This document shows, piece after piece, positions 17,659 through 21,851 of a stretch of 21,851 nucleotides of DNA. A program made the translations under genes and the position numbers. Below the pieces are notes generated by a model. It saw nothing but the letters and a program-made list of their open reading frames with translations. It had not been told where the DNA came from and ran no database searches. Numbering within the stretch: position 1 is the first letter of the stretch; every line of letters begins with the position of its first letter. Origin of the DNA: Emiliania huxleyi CCMP1516 (lineage: Eukaryota); the NCBI RefSeq assembly GCF_000372725.1, contig NW_005202303.1, positions 434,001 to 455,851 on the forward strand, in the 5' to 3' direction.

Positions 17659-18862
17659 CTAGAGACCTGTTCCTCTGGCAGAGCCTCCCGAACCATCCGC
17701 CATGACCCGAATCCCCGCCTTCACGTGCCTACTGTCGCCCTTTGCGAACCATCCCGCCCCCATGTCCAGCCAGCCGTCTCGGTCCAGCTCCCGAAGCTCG
17801 TCGCTGCATGCGCCCGCCCTCGCTAGGCCGTACAAGTCCGGGAGCTCGTCGTTCGAGAGGACGCAGCGCCACCTACACGCATGTCCACAATCCATGAGCA
17901 CGCACCTCTCGAGGCCCACAGAGCGACAGGATGCACACGCTTCACCGCTTCTGCGCGCGGCGGAAGGGGTCGCCGGCGCCAAGGAGGCGGCGGGCGATTG
18001 GCCCGCGCTCCATAACCTTGAAGCCGAGAGCGAGCCGCCACTGCTGGCGCGGCAGGTCGCGCTGGTCGCTTCGGTGCACCTCCTCCTGCCGCAGCACGAG
18101 CGCCTCGCCCGCCTCGAGCGGCAAGTTCGAGACCTCGGGCTCCCTTGTGCCCGCCGTAGTCAGCGAAGAGCCGGCGGCGCCGCCCGCCGCGCCTGGCCCC
18201 AGAGCGGCGATCCTCTTGGGCAGCTGGAGAACCGCGCTTAGGTTGCCGCCGCCTAAGCCTCGAGCCAGGTGGCGGTGCAGGCGCTGGTACCACAGGCGGT
18301 TGGCGCCGTCGTTGCGGATGACGTCGAAGGAGTGGTTGTGGCCGCCGCCTGACGCTAGGACCAGCCACAGGTTGAAGCCCGAGCCGCAGCTCTCTGTCGT
18401 CCAAAAGGCCCCGTCCTGGTGCCACCGCTGGAAAGGCACCACCCCTTGCGTGCGCCACGAGTAGAAGTCGCTCACGATGATGAACCGGCCGCCGAACTCG
18501 GCCGAAATCCGCGACTGCACTCGCGCGAGGGCGCGCACCTGCGTTGGTATGCGTGGCGTCAGCATTGCAACGGCGGTCTCACCTCTAATCTGGGACATTG
18601 AGCTGCCGTCAGCTCGTGGCCTAGGCCGCGGCGAACGAGGTCTCCAAGCAGGAAGTAATACTTGTTCACGCCGTACACGTAGCGCGGAGCAACCTGCAGG
18701 AGGCGGTGGTGGCAGTGGCGAGCTGCACGGAGTGCAGTGGTGCCCGAGGAATGTCTCGCGTGCCTGACGGAAGAAGCGCTCTGCAAAGTGATGGCGTTCC
18801 TCGCGCCGCAGGATGCCCTCAAGCGTGCGAGGGTAGGACCGCGGGGAGCAATGCGACGACAT
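17659..18862 (-). CDS. Putative PhyH-like Fe(II)/2-oxoglutarate dioxygenase
   Basis: Exons (minus) 18862-18764, 18693-18607, 18538-17946, 17872-17659 splice in frame. WHQD (HxD), FNLWLVL, LEAGEALVL...VHRS (distal His) and WRLALGF (Arg) fit the double-stranded beta-helix facial-triad pattern. Confidence 0.7.
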
Positions 18863-19115
18863 ACACCGCTCGGGGACGCGCGCCGTACTAATGTTTGTAG
18901 AGGGAATTCGCGCATTTCCCCCCAGTTTCATTCCGGGACGTCGAGGAATTTTCTGCGATTTTTCAGACGACGTACAGCGGTATATCTTCTTGTTAATTGC
19001 AAGTCAAACATTAGCATTATTCGCGCGTCCCCCGCGACCGCAGACCCAGGGCGCACACACACACACACACACACTCACCAGGGCACCTATCTCAACAAGT
19101 GCACACGCTATCTCA
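18863..19115. promoter_or_regulatory. Probable bidirectional promoter region with (CA)10 tract at 19054-19074
   Basis: 253-bp, relatively AT-rich gap between two divergent start codons. Confidence 0.5.
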
Positions 19116-21761
19116 ATGGTCCAGTATGGCCGTGTCCTCCTCCTCCGCGCCATCCCAGAATGGCGCGAGTCGTACCTCGGCTACGAGCGCCTCAAGCGGC
19201 TGCTTGAGCGGCTCCCAAATGCGCAGTCCTCCGGCTCCTTCTCGCCGATGGAGTCAATGACGAGTAACTTCCGCTCGTCGGACGATCTCGGCGCGCCACT
19301 GCTGCCGGGTCCGTACGCTGAGGTCGAGTCAATATTCTTCGCCTACCTCAACGAGGACCTGAAGCGGATGAACGAGCTCGCCGAGCCCGAGACCGCTTCA
19401 CTTGAGAAGAGCGTCGCTCTCGCGACCGCAGGCGAACAGCGCAGGTCGATGCCGGACGTGGCCGTCGGCCACCGGGCGTCCATGGGAGTCCTCTCCTTTG
19501 ACGAAGTTGCCGCGCTCTACTGCCGGCTCGGCAAGCTCCGCTCCTTCCTCTCGCTCAACACGACCGCCGTGCGAAAAATCGTGAAGAAGTACGACAAGTC
19601 GATGCCACCTGGAACGACGAAGCAGCTGCCGCTTGTGATGAAGCGGATCAAGGCGGAGCCCTTCACCGCGTGCCAGGCCCGTGTCGACGACATGGTATGG
19701 AGGACGGAGAGTTGATTCGTGAATGGGGCCAAGGCTCTTGATGACGGGTTGGACTTGCTTCGCAGGTGAAGGAAATCGAGAACTTATTGCCCGACAGAGT
19801 GCCACAGCTGCGTCAGATGGCGAAAGATTCGCTCAAACACGCGAGCGGTACGGTCGGTCACCACACCTACAAGCTCGTCCCCCTCTTTGGCTCGCTCGGC
19901 GTCGGCCTCGTCGTCGCCTTCTTCCCGCTCGAGGCCTTCCATGACAAACCCGAGCCGCAGCGATGCCTCGGCGTTCTGCTTGCGATAGTCGGCCTCTGGC
20001 TCTCTGAGGTGACACCCTCCCCCTCCCGACCCAACCCGCTCCCAATCCTCGCCCAACTCCGACTCCACCCGCGAACAACCACGACGAACCCAACGTCTCT
20101 GCAAGGCGATCCCCTTCTTCGCGACCGCGTTGCTCGTGCCCGTCCTCGTCGTCACGTGGGGCGCCATGCCGCCCAAGATGGTCAACGGCGAGCTCGAGAC
20201 GCCCGCACTGATCGCCAAGCGCGTGCTCAACGCGATGTTCAACGCGCGCAATCCTCCCCTTCTCCTCCCAGCGACCACTGCTCACGGGGGGCGTCGATTG
20301 CCCGACTGCTGGTAGGCCGTGATCCTCCTCGTCCTCTCGGGCCTGGTCGCCGCGCGGGTTGTTGCGCGCTGCCAGCTTGAGCTGCGTCTCGCCGCAGCGC
20401 TGCAGCAAAGGCTGGGCGAGCAGCCGCGGCTATTCATCCTCGCCGTGATGATGCTCGGTGAGTGAACCAGATCGGGATGAGGCTAACTCTACACTCCGCC
20501 CTCGGCCTCGTTCCGCATCCGCCTGGTCTAGGGATAATCATCTCATCATCACACCAGGCCTCCTCCTCTCGGCCGGCATCTCCAATGTCACCGCGCCCGT
20601 ACTCCTGCTCGCCGTCGTGCAGCCGCTGCTGCAGGAGCCACCATCCTCGCCTTTAGCTGACCTGGCTGGCTTTGGCTGATTTCGGGATGTTGGGCGTAGG
20701 AGTTGCCCTCCGACTCGCGCTTCTCGCGCGCTCTGCTGCTCGGCCTCGCCTTCTCCTGCAACCTTGGCGGAATGATCACGCCGATCGCTTCGCCGCAGAA
20801 CGCGATCGCGCTCGTCTCGCTGCAGCAGTTTGTCGGCATCGACGTCTCTTTTTTGCAGTGGATGCTGGTCGCAGGGCCGATTGCGATCTTTGGGACGGCG
20901 GGCATCTGGCTGATGCTCCTCCTCCTCGTGCGGCCCGACGACTGCGCCGCGCTGCCCAAGGTCGTCTTCTCCGAGGCGCCGCTCACGCGGAAGAAGAAGC
21001 TCGCCCTCGCCGCAGTCGCGGTGGCGGTCACCCTCTGGGCCTTCCTCTCCGCCCCACCTCTCAAGGCCACGTTTGGGGACCCCGCCATCGTCGGTGTCGC
21101 CCTCGTCGCCTTTGCCTTTGGCTCGGGCTTCCTCGACAAGGCTTCGTCGAGCTCGCCGCCGTGGCGTGACGCGATCAACTGAGAACCAGCATGTCGCGAC
21201 TGCTGTGTAGGACGATTACAACTCAATGCCGTGGCACCTGCTCACGCTGATCGCGGGCGGCAACGCGCTCGGCCTCGCCGTGCAGGAGCCGCAGCTGATA
21301 CCCGAACCCCACCTCGCAACACCCGCTAACCTGCCCCGGACGCGCCCAGCCAGGAGTCGGGCTTGCTGCAGCTCATCGCGGACCACGCCTTCCACGTGCT
21401 CGGCACGGACACGCCCCACTACCTGCTCACCAACATCCTCGTCGGCGGCATCCTCCTTGTCGGCAACTTCGTCTCGCATACCGTCGCCGCCATCATTGTC
21501 TTGCCCCTCGTTGCCACCATCGGCGTGCATGCAGGCCAGCCCGCACCGCTCGTCTTTTGCTGCGCGCTCGCCTGCTCGGCCGCGATGGCGCTGCCCGTCT
21601 CCTCCTTCCCCAACCTCAACTCGCTCACCGCGGAGGACGACCTCGGCAACGCCTACCTATCCGCCGCCCACTTCCTCGCCATGGGCATCCCCGCCACCGC
21701 GCTCGCCGGGCTACTCGTCGCCACACTCGGCTACGTGCTGAGCATGGGGGTGCTTGGGTGA
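19116..21761 (+). CDS. SPX-domain SLC13/DASS phosphate transporter (Pho87/Pho90/Pho91- or PTC-like)
   Basis: Exons 19116-19694, 19766-20008, 20106-20243, 20316-20457, 20558-20634, 20700-21140, 21211-21285, 21354-21761. SPX: PEWRESYLGYERLKR and LNTTAVRKIVKKYDK. SLC13: LWLSEAIPFFATALLVP, ISNVTAP, CNLGGMITPIASPQN, AVQESGLL, FVSHTVAA, CSAAMALPVSSFPN. Confidence 0.92.
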
Positions 21762-21851
21762 GGAGCGGAATACAAATACAGCGATAAATTCTTTTGCGCC
21801 TTGAGCTTGTTCGCGCCGGTGGCTGTGATAACCTCTGTTGCTCCACGCGGC

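Noticed and set aside
18979..18988. P1BS-like phosphate-response site upstream of the SPX gene
   Set aside because: GTATATCT does not match GNATATNC at the last position.

Overview
GC-rich eukaryotic nuclear DNA, most likely a haptophyte such as Emiliania/Gephyrocapsa huxleyi. This assignment is an inference from the short GC-donor introns and the intronic (GGCCACATCTC)n satellite. By hand splicing I recover five intron-containing genes: SERRATE/ARS2 with an extra CCHC knuckle (1003-3284 +), a single-chain MlaF-type ABC ATPase + MlaE-type permease (5466-8069 +), an RMT2-type arginine methyltransferase (13541-15446 -), a PhyH-like Fe(II)/2OG dioxygenase (17659-18862 -) and an SPX-SLC13 phosphate transporter (19116-21761 +). 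There are three intronless ORFs: two IQ/Ala-rich coiled-coil proteins and a TM-SUEL lectin-DUF5672 protein. A decayed CRE-like (RLE endonuclease) non-LTR retrotransposon is also present, and its 3' tail recurs four times beside AATTCTT. The most unusual signals are non-coding. (1) CCGAGAT-type satellite arrays in two unrelated genes sit between 26-29 bp duplications of the exon end, like target-site duplications. (2) Many introns begin with a copy of the next exon's start, and several share a 3' motif (introner-like). (3) All 29 modelled introns are followed by G, with 15 GC, 11 GT, 2 GA and 1 GG donors. Gene models and family calls come from reading frames and motif recognition, not from searches or transcripts.
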